This document shows positions 8,931 through 17,585 of a stretch of DNA of 32,000 nt, piece by piece. The stretch spans positions 5,310,001 through 5,342,000 of the forward strand of contig NC_010628.1 of assembly GCF_000020025.1 (NCBI RefSeq), written 5' to 3'. The notes beneath the pieces were generated by a model. The model was not told where the DNA came from. It worked only from the letters and a program-made list of their open reading frames with translations, and did not search any database. This stretch comes from Nostoc punctiforme PCC 73102. Its GTDB lineage: Bacteria > Cyanobacteriota > Cyanobacteriia > Cyanobacteriales > Nostocaceae. The number at the start of each line of letters is the position of its first letter. Within the stretch, counting starts at the first letter, position 1. Both the position numbers and the translations under genes were made by a program.

Positions 8931-8936
8931 AAAATT

Positions 8937-9932
8937 ATGAGAAAACTTTACTTCTTACTGCCCGGTACAGATGGCAAATTTGCCTGTGGTGGTCTTTGGG
9001 CTGAGTTAAAAACACTTAATCTGGCTCAGAATTTCTGTAGTGCTGATGTTGTAACTTACCGTCAGCGAGAAAAAGATAAGCTTTTTATTGACGATTTACT
9101 AAAAGAGAAAAATTTAAATGATGTAATTTTTGTAATTAGTTGGGGATTTGATATAGCTCAACTCGTGGCTAAACTTAAGCAATACAATGTGGTTTACCAT
9201 GCACATAGTCCAGGTTATCCATTTAGACTACCTGCGAGTATTCCGATTGTTACTGTTAGCCGCTATACAATGGGATATTGGGGAGAAAAATCACCTAATT
9301 CTCTGATTTATTATTTGCCCAATCAAATTTCTGATGAGTTTCAAAATTTAGGTCTGGAACGGGATATTGATGTTTTAGTCCAGGCTCGAAAATCTTCTGA
9401 GTATTTAATTAAAGAATTGATTCCAGCGTTGCAAAAACGTTGTAAAGTATTGGTTGTTGATTCATACATAGAGGATTTACCTGCATTATTTAACCGAGCT
9501 AAGGTTTACCTCTATGATTCGGCTGAGTACTGGGCACAACAGGGCGTTAGTGAAGGATTTGGTCTACAACCAATGGAAGCTCTTGCCTGTGGCTGTCAAG
9601 TATTTTCTAGTGTTAACGGAGGACTGGCAGATTACTTAGATCCTGGATTTAATTGCTATAAGATTGCTGGATATTCCCAAGAATATGATGTGCAACGTAT
9701 TCTGAAAGTGATTAATTCTTCAGCAGCTTTTAGTTTATCTGAAGAATTAATCACTGAGCATCGGACTGAAAATATTATTAAGCGTTTCCAAGTTATTCTG
9801 GATGAGTTAAATGAGTTTTTCGATCACAAGATCCAACAGCCATCTAATATTAAGAGTTTGACGAGTATACGTATGGCAAAATTACTCGCTCAGAGGATAT
9901 ATGGGAAGCTGAAGAAGAAATATTTTAAGTAA
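8937..9932 (+). CDS. glycosyltransferase (GT-B fold, GT4-like)
   Basis: 331-aa ORF. The C-terminal half carries the GT4-type E-x7-E region SEGFGLQPMEALACGCQVFSS. Directly upstream of rfbB. Confidence 0.7.
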   Translation: MRKLYFLLPGTDGKFACGGLWAELKTLNLAQNFCSADVVTYRQREKDKLFIDDLLKEKNLNDVIFVISWGFDIAQLVAKLKQYNVVYHAHSPGYPFRLPASIPIVTVSRYTMGYWGEKSPNSLIYYLPNQISDEFQNLGLERDIDVLVQARKSSEYLIKELIPALQKRCKVLVVDSYIEDLPALFNRAKVYLYDSAEYWAQQGVSEGFGLQPMEALACGCQVFSSVNGGLADYLDPGFNCYKIAGYSQEYDVQRILKVINSSAAFSLSEELITEHRTENIIKRFQVILDELNEFFDHKIQQPSNIKSLTSIRMAKLLAQRIYGKLKKKYFK

Positions 9933-9984
9933 TAGAAACGCACCGCAGAGGCGCACAGATCACAGAGAGAAGAGAGGAAATTGA

Positions 9985-11079
9985 ATGAGTCGGCGGTTAT
10001 TAGTTACTGGGGGTGCGGGGTTTATTGGGGCGAATTTTGTCCATCACTGGTGTCAGGTTTATCCAGATGACCGTGTGGTGGTGTTGGATGCGCTTACATA
10101 CGCGGGGAATCGTCTGAATTTGGCGGTGGTTGAGGGAAGAGAGAATTTTCGGTTTGTGCAGGGGGATATTTGCGATCGCACCATTGTAGACAACCTATTA
10201 TCAACCGAAAATATAGATACTATCGCCCATTTTGCTGCTGAATCTCATGTCGATCGTTCGATTCTTGGGCCGGCGGCTTTTGTGCAAACTAATGTGGTGG
10301 GAACTTTCACGCTGCTGGAAGCTTTTCGCCAATATTGGGAGGCTAAAGCACAGCCATCTGATTATCGTTTCCTACACGTTTCGACTGATGAAGTCTACGG
10401 TAGTTTGGGCCCAGATGATGCAGCTTTTTCGGAAACTACACCTTATGCTCCTAATAGTCCTTATTCAGCTTCCAAAGCTGGTAGCGATCACTTAGTGCGT
10501 GCTTATTATCATACTTATAAACTTCCTACCATTATTACAAATTGCTCTAATAATTACGGGCCTTATCAATTCCCCGAAAAGCTAATTCCCCTGATGTGTA
10601 TCAACACTTTAATAGGTAAACCATTACCTGTTTATGGCGATGGGAAAAATGTGCGGGATTGGCTTTATGTGGTCGATCATTGTCGTGCTTTGGATGTGGT
10701 AATCAATCATGGTCAACCAGGGGAAACCTACAATATTGGTGGCAACAATGAGGTGGAAAATCTCAACCTGGTGCAGCTTTTGTGTCAGATGATGGATGAA
10801 TTAGCATCTGATTTACCAGTACGTCCAGCAAAGGAGTTGATTACTTTTGTCAAGGATAGACAGGGACACGATCGGAGATATGCAATTAATGCGAACAAAA
10901 TTAAAACTCAGCTTGGTTGGACACCTTCTGTAACGATTGCTGAGGGTTTACGTTTAACAGTTGAATGGTATCTCAATCATCGTGATTGGTGGGAACCTCT
11001 GCTGTCTGCGGAATATCAAGCTTACTATCGCAAAAATTATCTCATTCCCACAATTTCTCTAGATAATGACTATCCTTGA
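9985..11079 (+). CDS. rfbB: dTDP-glucose 4,6-dehydratase
   Basis: 364-aa ORF with Rossmann GGAGFIGANF, catalytic YSASKAGSDH (YxxxK), STDEVYG and NCSNNYGPYQFPEKLIP, all diagnostic for RmlB/RfbB. Confidence 0.95.
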   Translation: MSRRLLVTGGAGFIGANFVHHWCQVYPDDRVVVLDALTYAGNRLNLAVVEGRENFRFVQGDICDRTIVDNLLSTENIDTIAHFAAESHVDRSILGPAAFVQTNVVGTFTLLEAFRQYWEAKAQPSDYRFLHVSTDEVYGSLGPDDAAFSETTPYAPNSPYSASKAGSDHLVRAYYHTYKLPTIITNCSNNYGPYQFPEKLIPLMCINTLIGKPLPVYGDGKNVRDWLYVVDHCRALDVVINHGQPGETYNIGGNNEVENLNLVQLLCQMMDELASDLPVRPAKELITFVKDRQGHDRRYAINANKIKTQLGWTPSVTIAEGLRLTVEWYLNHRDWWEPLLSAEYQAYYRKNYLIPTISLDNDYP

Positions 11080-11122
11080 ATATAAGGGAATCAGATCGGC
11101 GTAAACTGCCAGCAGGTGTAAG

Positions 11123-12316
11123 ATGCTGCAACCAGAACAGATATTACAAGATCGTTATCAAATCCAACACCAACTTGGTAACAATGGAATTCGTCAAACT
11201 TGGCTTGCAAAGGATTTACTAGCCTCTGATGGCGAAAATTCGACCGTTGTGGTCAAACTTTTAGCCTTTGGCGGTACTATACAGTGGGATGATTTAAAAC
11301 TTTTTGAGAGGGAAGCACAAATTCTTAAAACAATAAATCATCCCCGCATTCCTAGATATATAGATTATTTTTGTATAGACGATCGCACTCTCTGGTTTGG
11401 CTTAATACAACAATATATTCCTGGTGAGTCGCTTAAAGAAAAACTTGCTCTTGGCAAAAGGTTTACTGAAAAGCGAGCGAGAAAAATCGCTGGTGAGATT
11501 TTAAATATTCTCATGTATTTACATGAGTTAAACCCAGGGGTGTTACATAGAGATATAAAACCGAGTAATTTAATATGGGGCGAAGATAATCGGATTTATT
11601 TAGTTGATTTTGGCGCAGTACAAGATAAAGCGGCAAGAGAAGGCGTTACTTTCACCGTTGTGGGTACTTATGGTTATGCCCCAATGGAACAATTTGGTGG
11701 TCGAGCAGTTCCAGCTTCCGACCTTTATGCACTGGGTGCGACTCTGATTCATTTGCTTACTGGGACTTGCCCCTCTGATTTACCTCAGCAGGATTTGCGA
11801 CTGCAATTTGCAGACCGAGTTAATCTCAGTCCTAGTTTTGCCAGTTGGCTACAAAAGTTAATAGAACCCGCTCCCGAACAACGATTTCCTGATGCCCGCC
11901 AAGCGCTGAATGCTCTCAAATCTGGTCTGGCTGTGAAATCTGCAAACAGAAGTCAGCTTTTACCACTAAGAGAAATAATTAACAATTCTGGATGCGGCAT
12001 AAGTAATCAAAATGAAACAGTCCCAGAGGAAATTCTCGGTTGGAACTGGGGCGCATTTCTCATGCCTTGGTTGTGGATGTGGCCGAATCAGGTATGGTAT
12101 GGGCTATTCTGTTTTGTACCACATGGTTGGTGGTTAATGGCGATCGCACTCGGTGCCAAAGGAAATGAATGGGCTTGGAAAAGTAGACAGTGGCGTAGTA
12201 TTGAACAATTCAAAGCCCATCAAAGAGGCTGGGCGATCGCTGGTATTCTCATTGGAGCGCCTATTAGTATTATGCTCTGGGTTCGAGCGATCGCTTTGCT
12301 CAAAGCTGCATTTTAG
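11123..12316 (+). CDS. Ser/Thr protein kinase fused to a C-terminal Trp-rich membrane module
   Basis: 397-aa ORF with Hanks kinase motifs VVVKLL (VAIK-like), HRDIKPSNL, DFGAV, GTYGYAPME. The C-terminal ~100 aa (GWNWGAFLMPWLWMWPNQVWYGLF...) forms 2-3 TM helices resembling DUF2628-type small membrane domains. Confidence 0.9.
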   Translation: MLQPEQILQDRYQIQHQLGNNGIRQTWLAKDLLASDGENSTVVVKLLAFGGTIQWDDLKLFEREAQILKTINHPRIPRYIDYFCIDDRTLWFGLIQQYIPGESLKEKLALGKRFTEKRARKIAGEILNILMYLHELNPGVLHRDIKPSNLIWGEDNRIYLVDFGAVQDKAAREGVTFTVVGTYGYAPMEQFGGRAVPASDLYALGATLIHLLTGTCPSDLPQQDLRLQFADRVNLSPSFASWLQKLIEPAPEQRFPDARQALNALKSGLAVKSANRSQLLPLREIINNSGCGISNQNETVPEEILGWNWGAFLMPWLWMWPNQVWYGLFCFVPHGWWLMAIALGAKGNEWAWKSRQWRSIEQFKAHQRGWAIAGILIGAPISIMLWVRAIALLKAAF

Positions 12317-12317
12317 T

Positions 12318-12467
12318 TGGGAATTGAGAATGGGGAACTTGGAATGGGGAATGGGGAACTTGTACTGAGCGCAGTCGAAGTATGGGGAATGGGGAATGGG
12401 ACTAATGAGAAATTACTTCTTTCCCTTCTGCTCCCTGCCCCCTGCCCCTTTTCCCCTCTGCTTCCTT
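12318..12467. repeat. GGGGAAT heptamer array interrupted by a ctgagcgcagtcgaagt insert, followed by a C-rich CTGCCCC tract
   Basis: gggaattgagaatggggaacttggaatggggaatggggaact tgtactgagcgcagtcgaagta tggggaatggggaatggg ... ctgctccctgccccctgcccc. Fills the gap between the convergent kinase and msrA genes. Confidence 0.75.
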
Positions 12468-13136
12468 CTAACTACTAACTTGCGATTCAACTACACCCAC
12501 GGGACAAGAAACATTTGTCCCTCCTAAACCACAATACCCATTAGGATTTTTAGCCAGGTATTGCTGATGGTAAGCTTCGGCGTAATAGAATTCTGGTGCA
12601 TCTAAGATTTCTGTAGTAATCTTGCCATAACCTGCATCGTTGAGAGCTTGCTGATAAGCTTCTCGTGATGCTTCTGCTAGCTGCTTTTGGCTTTCAGAAT
12701 ATACATAAATTCCCGAACGGTATTGAGTGCCAGCATCATTACCTTGGCGCATCCCTTGGGTAGGATTGTGGCTTTCCCAAAAGACTTTGAGCAGTTCAGA
12801 ATAACTAATTACTTTGGGATCAAACACAACCAACACCACTTCATTGTGACCTGTTCGCCCACTACATACCTCTTCATAAGTGGGGTTGGGTGTAAATCCA
12901 GCAGCGTAACCCACTGCGGTGGTGTAAACTCCTTTAAGCTGCCAGAATTTGCGTTCTGCACCCCAAAAACAGCCCAAGCCAAAAATTGCCTTCTCTAATC
13001 CATCGGGATAAGGAGCTTTTAACGGATTCTTGTTGACATAATGAGCAGCAGGTACTGACATAGACTGTGCCCTTCCTGACAAAGCTTCTTCTGGTGTGGG
13101 CATAACTTGCTTTTTGCCAAATCCGAATAGTGCCAT
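12468..13136 (-). CDS. msrA: peptide-methionine (S)-S-oxide reductase
   Basis: 222-aa ORF with the active-site motif GLGCFWGAE and the conserved HNPTQ..QGND.GTQYRS and YHQQYL regions. Confidence 0.95.
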   Translation of the reverse strand: MALFGFGKKQVMPTPEEALSGRAQSMSVPAAHYVNKNPLKAPYPDGLEKAIFGLGCFWGAERKFWQLKGVYTTAVGYAAGFTPNPTYEEVCSGRTGHNEVVLVVFDPKVISYSELLKVFWESHNPTQGMRQGNDAGTQYRSGIYVYSESQKQLAEASREAYQQALNDAGYGKITTEILDAPEFYYAEAYHQQYLAKNPNGYCGLGGTNVSCPVGVVESQVSS

Positions 13137-13306
13137 TGATTTTGACTCTGATATATATCTTTACCTTATTTCCTATTGTAAAGATTCTAGCGATCGCTTG
13201 GGGTTTTCTCTTAGCCCTGACCGGATTGTGTTGACCTTGTGGCGCTAGTTCATGCTATTCATCAATATGAATACTTTTCAAGAGTAAGTAGCCGTCAGAA
13301 GTACTC

Positions 13307-13846
13307 ATGGATAAAATACCAAAAATTGATCGTCAAAGGGAGCATCAAGCGAACGAACGTACTTTTCTAGCTTGGCTACGTACTTCTATTTCATTGATTG
13401 GTTTTGGTTTTGCTATTGCGCGATTTGGTATATTTCTGCGCCAGTTGAATCTTGCTATTACTCAACAACAAACTAGGCTAAATCCATTATCCAACTCGGA
13501 AAGTTTGGGTCTTGCTTTGGTAATTTTTGGAATTTTGGTTGTTGCATTAGCTGCGTGGCGATACAACCAAGTTTTTTGGCAAATTGAACGAGCAGATTAT
13601 AAACCAAATAGGCTAATCGTTTGGATTATGGCTGGAGTAGTAATTGTTTTGGGAGTTCTCAGTATTCCTTTGCTCCTAAGGCGCGATCAATTCCTTCCTC
13701 GCTCTCCTTTTCCGACTCAACCACAGTCCCGAAATTTCCAAAGTTCAACCCCAAACTTCAATCTTAAAAAGGGGACAATTACTACTAAATACAAACAGAT
13801 ATATTACAACAAGATCCCTGAATTCTTAAAGAAGTCGGCGATCTAA
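13307..13846 (+). CDS. DUF202 (YidH-like) membrane protein with a long low-complexity tail
   Basis: 179-aa ORF. ANERTFLAWLRTSISLIGFGFAIARF is the DUF202 signature and three TM helices follow. The last ~55 aa are low-complexity, and the final codons are encoded by a palindromic repeat. Confidence 0.7.
   Translation: MDKIPKIDRQREHQANERTFLAWLRTSISLIGFGFAIARFGIFLRQLNLAITQQQTRLNPLSNSESLGLALVIFGILVVALAAWRYNQVFWQIERADYKPNRLIVWIMAGVVIVLGVLSIPLLLRRDQFLPRSPFPTQPQSRNFQSSTPNFNLKKGTITTKYKQIYYNKIPEFLKKSAI
13813..13843. terminator. imperfect palindromic element (GATCCC..GAAGTCGG.GATC type) at the DUF202 3' end
   Basis: gatccctgaattctt aaa gaagtcggcgatc. Stem with 2 mismatches and 1 G-U. Sits between convergent genes only 22 nt apart. 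Related in design to 18877-18917. Confidence 0.3.
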
Positions 13847-13868
13847 GCCTTGCCAAAGCAAAAGACAC

Positions 13869-16073
13869 TTAATTAGCAGTAGCCTCAGAAATAACTGTTA
13901 CACAAGCATTGACCAAAGGTAATAACGGCCCTAGTTGCTCTTGTCCATTTACGGCTAAATCGCTGTGACACAAATAAACTCTCTCGGATACACGAGATAG
14001 TAAATCTGTCAAAATCCTCCGCAGTCGTTCTTCTTCTGCCAATTTCTCATCTTCTGCTGTCCAAGGTTCGCCTAACCTGTCTTGCAAGAAAAACGGCGCA
14101 CCAAATAACGTTGCTGCGCCACCTTTGGCCCAAAGAGGCGAACCAGCATCTAGCCAAAAATGCCAACGGTGCGATCGCCTACTAGATCGATATTGAAATA
14201 TAGTTGCTAAGGTGACGGCCTTTCTCGCTCCACCAATAGGGCGTACAGGGTAAGGGTTGGCGGTAATTGTACCACGTCGCAGTAATTGAATAAATTCGAT
14301 AATAGTTGTCTGAGGCGTTGTCTCAACTGGGGCAATTTGTCGTAACCTGGTGTCAATTTCCCAGTAGTGTTGGGCGGTTTCTAATAATTCTCGCAGTGCT
14401 GCTAACTGTTCGTAGGGGAGATTGCTACCATTCCACAAGAAGCGCTGAATTGCTCTGTCTAAGAGGGAAATGGGACTGGGAATTAACCGCAGTTCTTGTT
14501 GCGATCGCTGCTGTTCTAACCACTCTAATATCTCATTGTAGGCTGTAGTAGCCGCATAGCCAATTCTATCCCAGCGCTCGAAGGCTGACACTGGTAGCAA
14601 GTTGGGGCGATCGGGATGGGGTACAAAGCAGTAATCTGCTATCAAACCAGCGCGTACCGGATCAATATCTGTAGAGACGCGATTAATCGCGTCTCTACTA
14701 TAAATGCGATTCATCACGTCTGTAGAGTTTTCTGGTGGTTGTTGCTTTCTACTCAATACAACTAGCATTTCTGCCACGGCATCCCGATCCACGAGGCGGC
14801 CCAAGCCGGGATAAACTAGTGCCAGTATGGTGAGTAAGGCGCGAATGACGGGTGAACTAATTAGGGGACGTTGGTCATTGAGCGATTCTACCTGGATGTT
14901 TTGCTTGACGAGGATTTCTACTAAAGTATAACGAGCGATCGCATCTAAACCTGGTGCAATAATCGCTACTTCTTCTGCTTGTACTTGCTGCGATTGGATA
15001 GCATCAGCAATTACCTCTGCTGTTTGTCGCAGTAGTTGAGCGCGGGAGGTAGTTTGAATGGAATGTACAATCTCAGGTAAACTCACCAACACCATTGGTT
15101 CTGTGACTAATTCCACCATCTGTTTAGCTTGTTCTCCCAAAGACTCTGGAGGCGGCTCGCTTAAGATTTCTACCCGACAACGCTTTGCTAACCCTTCTAG
15201 ATATTTGGGGTCTGCTCCTAATCCCAATCGCACTGCACCGTCGGGATTGTAGCTAAACGCGCCGATCGCGCCTCGATCTAATAGCAATTCAAACAAAAGA
15301 CGCGCTACGCTAGGATAATCGTCAACATCATCTGCCAATACTGCTTGATAGCGTTTAGTTAGATGCTGTTGGTAGTTGCGATCGCTTAATAAATATTGAC
15401 TATAGAGTTCGGTAATAATGCCATAAGTTAGTAACCCCCTCTCTAAACACCAGTTACGCCAATCAATGAGCAAAGATGCCAAAAATTCCGGCTCTAAAGT
15501 TGTAGTATTCTCCCCCAGACCCCTTGTCAAAATCTGGGCAATATCTTCGCAATGTACACCACTGTAAGCAGCTAATTGCAATAAGTCTAAAATGCGACGC
15601 ACCAAGCGCGACTCATTCACCCCCGCAACTTGTAAAATTTCTTCGTCTAATTGGGAACGCCAGAGTTTGGTTGCTAACTCTTGTTCCGTTTCTGGTCGCA
15701 ACCTTACCGGAAACTGGGCCTTCAGGTTCAATGAGTTAATTAGCAACGGCCAAAATAAAATAACTTCATCCTGGAAAAAGCCTAGCGGTGTCTTGGCACG
15801 TACCGGATATTTTCCTAATGTGGATGTAACAATTATATCACCCAACTCTCGGCGATTATCATCGTTAGCAGCTAAGACTAAAACTCCTGGCTCTGTTTGT
15901 TTAAGATATAAAAATTCGGGTATGCGAACGCCTTTTTTACGTGCTTCCTTCTTAGTATAAAATAATTCAGTATGCTGCTTCTCTGGTTGTACCCAACTAC
16001 AAAATTGCTCTACCAAGCGAGCCGTCTTACCAGTGCGACTAGTGCCAACAATCCAAACCGAATGAGAAACCAC
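13869..16073 (-). CDS. P-loop NTPase, superfamily-1 helicase / AddB-like protein
   Basis: 734-aa ORF. N-terminal Walker A VGTSRTGKT within residues 9-17, an acidic box AVLADDVDDY resembling SF1 motif II, and overall length and layout like UvrD/AddB-type proteins. I could not identify a clear nuclease motif or Cys cluster. Confidence 0.45.
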   Translation of the reverse strand: MVSHSVWIVGTSRTGKTARLVEQFCSWVQPEKQHTELFYTKKEARKKGVRIPEFLYLKQTEPGVLVLAANDDNRRELGDIIVTSTLGKYPVRAKTPLGFFQDEVILFWPLLINSLNLKAQFPVRLRPETEQELATKLWRSQLDEEILQVAGVNESRLVRRILDLLQLAAYSGVHCEDIAQILTRGLGENTTTLEPEFLASLLIDWRNWCLERGLLTYGIITELYSQYLLSDRNYQQHLTKRYQAVLADDVDDYPSVARLLFELLLDRGAIGAFSYNPDGAVRLGLGADPKYLEGLAKRCRVEILSEPPPESLGEQAKQMVELVTEPMVLVSLPEIVHSIQTTSRAQLLRQTAEVIADAIQSQQVQAEEVAIIAPGLDAIARYTLVEILVKQNIQVESLNDQRPLISSPVIRALLTILALVYPGLGRLVDRDAVAEMLVVLSRKQQPPENSTDVMNRIYSRDAINRVSTDIDPVRAGLIADYCFVPHPDRPNLLPVSAFERWDRIGYAATTAYNEILEWLEQQRSQQELRLIPSPISLLDRAIQRFLWNGSNLPYEQLAALRELLETAQHYWEIDTRLRQIAPVETTPQTTIIEFIQLLRRGTITANPYPVRPIGGARKAVTLATIFQYRSSRRSHRWHFWLDAGSPLWAKGGAATLFGAPFFLQDRLGEPWTAEDEKLAEEERLRRILTDLLSRVSERVYLCHSDLAVNGQEQLGPLLPLVNACVTVISEATAN

Positions 16074-16160
16074 AAACTTTCTCCTTGTAGATTTGCTAAT
16101 ATACCTCGTGGGTTAATTTAAGGTTAAGAATCACCAAATAATGCTGGATGATTGTTTCCA

Positions 16161-17507
16161 ATGAAAAATTCTGTTTTTAGCCAAAAAATCTATTCTTTTT
16201 TACTTGCTGCTTATCGATGGTACTTACAGACTCCTGAACGTTCTTTACATGAAGCTTACGATGCAGCATTAAAGATTAAGGAAATAGAAGATAAGCATTT
16301 TAGTGGTAATAAAATAGACATTGACTCAGCCACGTACAGTAACAGCGTGATGGATTATTTTGAGTCAGACCTCAACAAGCTTTTAAAAATTGCTAAGATG
16401 CGACTGACAGAGTTTAGAGCAAGCCGTTGGTTTTTAAATGAAGAAAATCAAAAAGCTGCTCAAAAAGCTGGTATAGAACATCCCAGTCCTTCTTTGGTTT
16501 TGGAAAAGCTAAACTTTATCGATCAAGTTATATCCAAATACACAATAAGTTCAGATCAAATAACTTCTAACGCTTTAGCAGTCAAACCTCCAAATCTACC
16601 AATTAACTCTGCCATATCTGATGACAAATTTCTGCTCGTCAATACTCCAACATTACCACCCAAAATACCAACTCAAGACTCAGAGAAAAAATCAAAACCA
16701 AAGGGTAAAGTAGATACAACAGGCGTTCTACCCCGTTCTATTTTAAGTACTATCACTCGTCTGCAAGTTGAATTAGATCCTAATTCTGAAAAAGAAGTAA
16801 TTCAGAATTTTCGTCAAACTCAAAGAAGAACAATAATATCTATCAGGTTTATTTTACTATTAATTATCATACCACTTTTGACGCATCAGATAGCAAAAGC
16901 TTTTGTCGTCGGGCCATCTGTTGAGCATTTTAGAAGTAGCGATCAGATGCAGATATTTATCAACTCAGAAATGGAAGAAGAAGCTCTTGAAGAATTAGAA
17001 AGATTTGAAGAAAAACTCAAGTTTGAAAATCTCATTATAAATGCTCCTCCACTGTCACCTGAACAGATGGAAGCTAAAATGACAGACAAGGCTGTAGAGC
17101 TTGCTAAAGAATTTCGTCAAGAAAGCTCTAATGCGATCAAAAATGTTTTTGCAGATATGTTCTCAGTTGGTGCTTTTATCTGGCTTTTGCTTGTTAGCAA
17201 GTCTTCTATTGCTGTAGTTAAAGATTTCTTTGATAATATTGTCTATGGACTTAGTGACAGTGCCAAGGCATTTATTATCATTTTGTTTACCGATATATTT
17301 GTCGGTTTCCACTCTCCTCACGGCTGGGAAGTACTCCTAGAAGGTGTATCGCGTCATTGGGGATTACCAGCAAATCGAGATTTTATTTTCTTGTTTATTG
17401 CGACATTTCCAGTGATTTTAGATACTATTTTCAAATATTGGATATTCCGATATTTGAACCGGATATCGCCTTCGGCAGTTGCCACTTATCGTAATATGAA
17501 TGAATAA
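16161..17507 (+). CDS. pxcA: proton extrusion protein PxcA (CemA family)
   Basis: The C-terminal ~230 aa match CemA/PxcA (FILLLIIIPLLTHQ..., FHSPHGWEVLLE, HWGLP, FIATFPVILDTIFKYWIFRYLNRISPSAVATYRNMNE). The long cyanobacterial N-terminal extension is present. The track starts at TTG 16152; the first ATG is at 16161. Confidence 0.8.
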   Translation: MKNSVFSQKIYSFLLAAYRWYLQTPERSLHEAYDAALKIKEIEDKHFSGNKIDIDSATYSNSVMDYFESDLNKLLKIAKMRLTEFRASRWFLNEENQKAAQKAGIEHPSPSLVLEKLNFIDQVISKYTISSDQITSNALAVKPPNLPINSAISDDKFLLVNTPTLPPKIPTQDSEKKSKPKGKVDTTGVLPRSILSTITRLQVELDPNSEKEVIQNFRQTQRRTIISIRFILLLIIIPLLTHQIAKAFVVGPSVEHFRSSDQMQIFINSEMEEEALEELERFEEKLKFENLIINAPPLSPEQMEAKMTDKAVELAKEFRQESSNAIKNVFADMFSVGAFIWLLLVSKSSIAVVKDFFDNIVYGLSDSAKAFIIILFTDIFVGFHSPHGWEVLLEGVSRHWGLPANRDFIFLFIATFPVILDTIFKYWIFRYLNRISPSAVATYRNMNE

Positions 17508-17585
17508 TGTATTGGGAATTGGGAACTAAATTATTTGGTTTTTGAATTTGAGCTAAGTAGGATAATATGAAAAACTTGAATTTTG

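Noticed and set aside
12153-12368. 71-aa ORF overlapping the kinase 3' end and running into the heptamer array.
   Set aside because: It is an alternative frame of the kinase gene plus repeat-encoded WGMGNL peptide, a typical artefact.
10232-15960. Internal or antisense ORFs inside rfbB (10232-10495), msrA (12687-12998) and the helicase-like gene (14306-14548, 15058-15252, 15524-15739, 15592-15960).
   Set aside because: They are nested in other frames of genes with strong motif support and have no independent signals.
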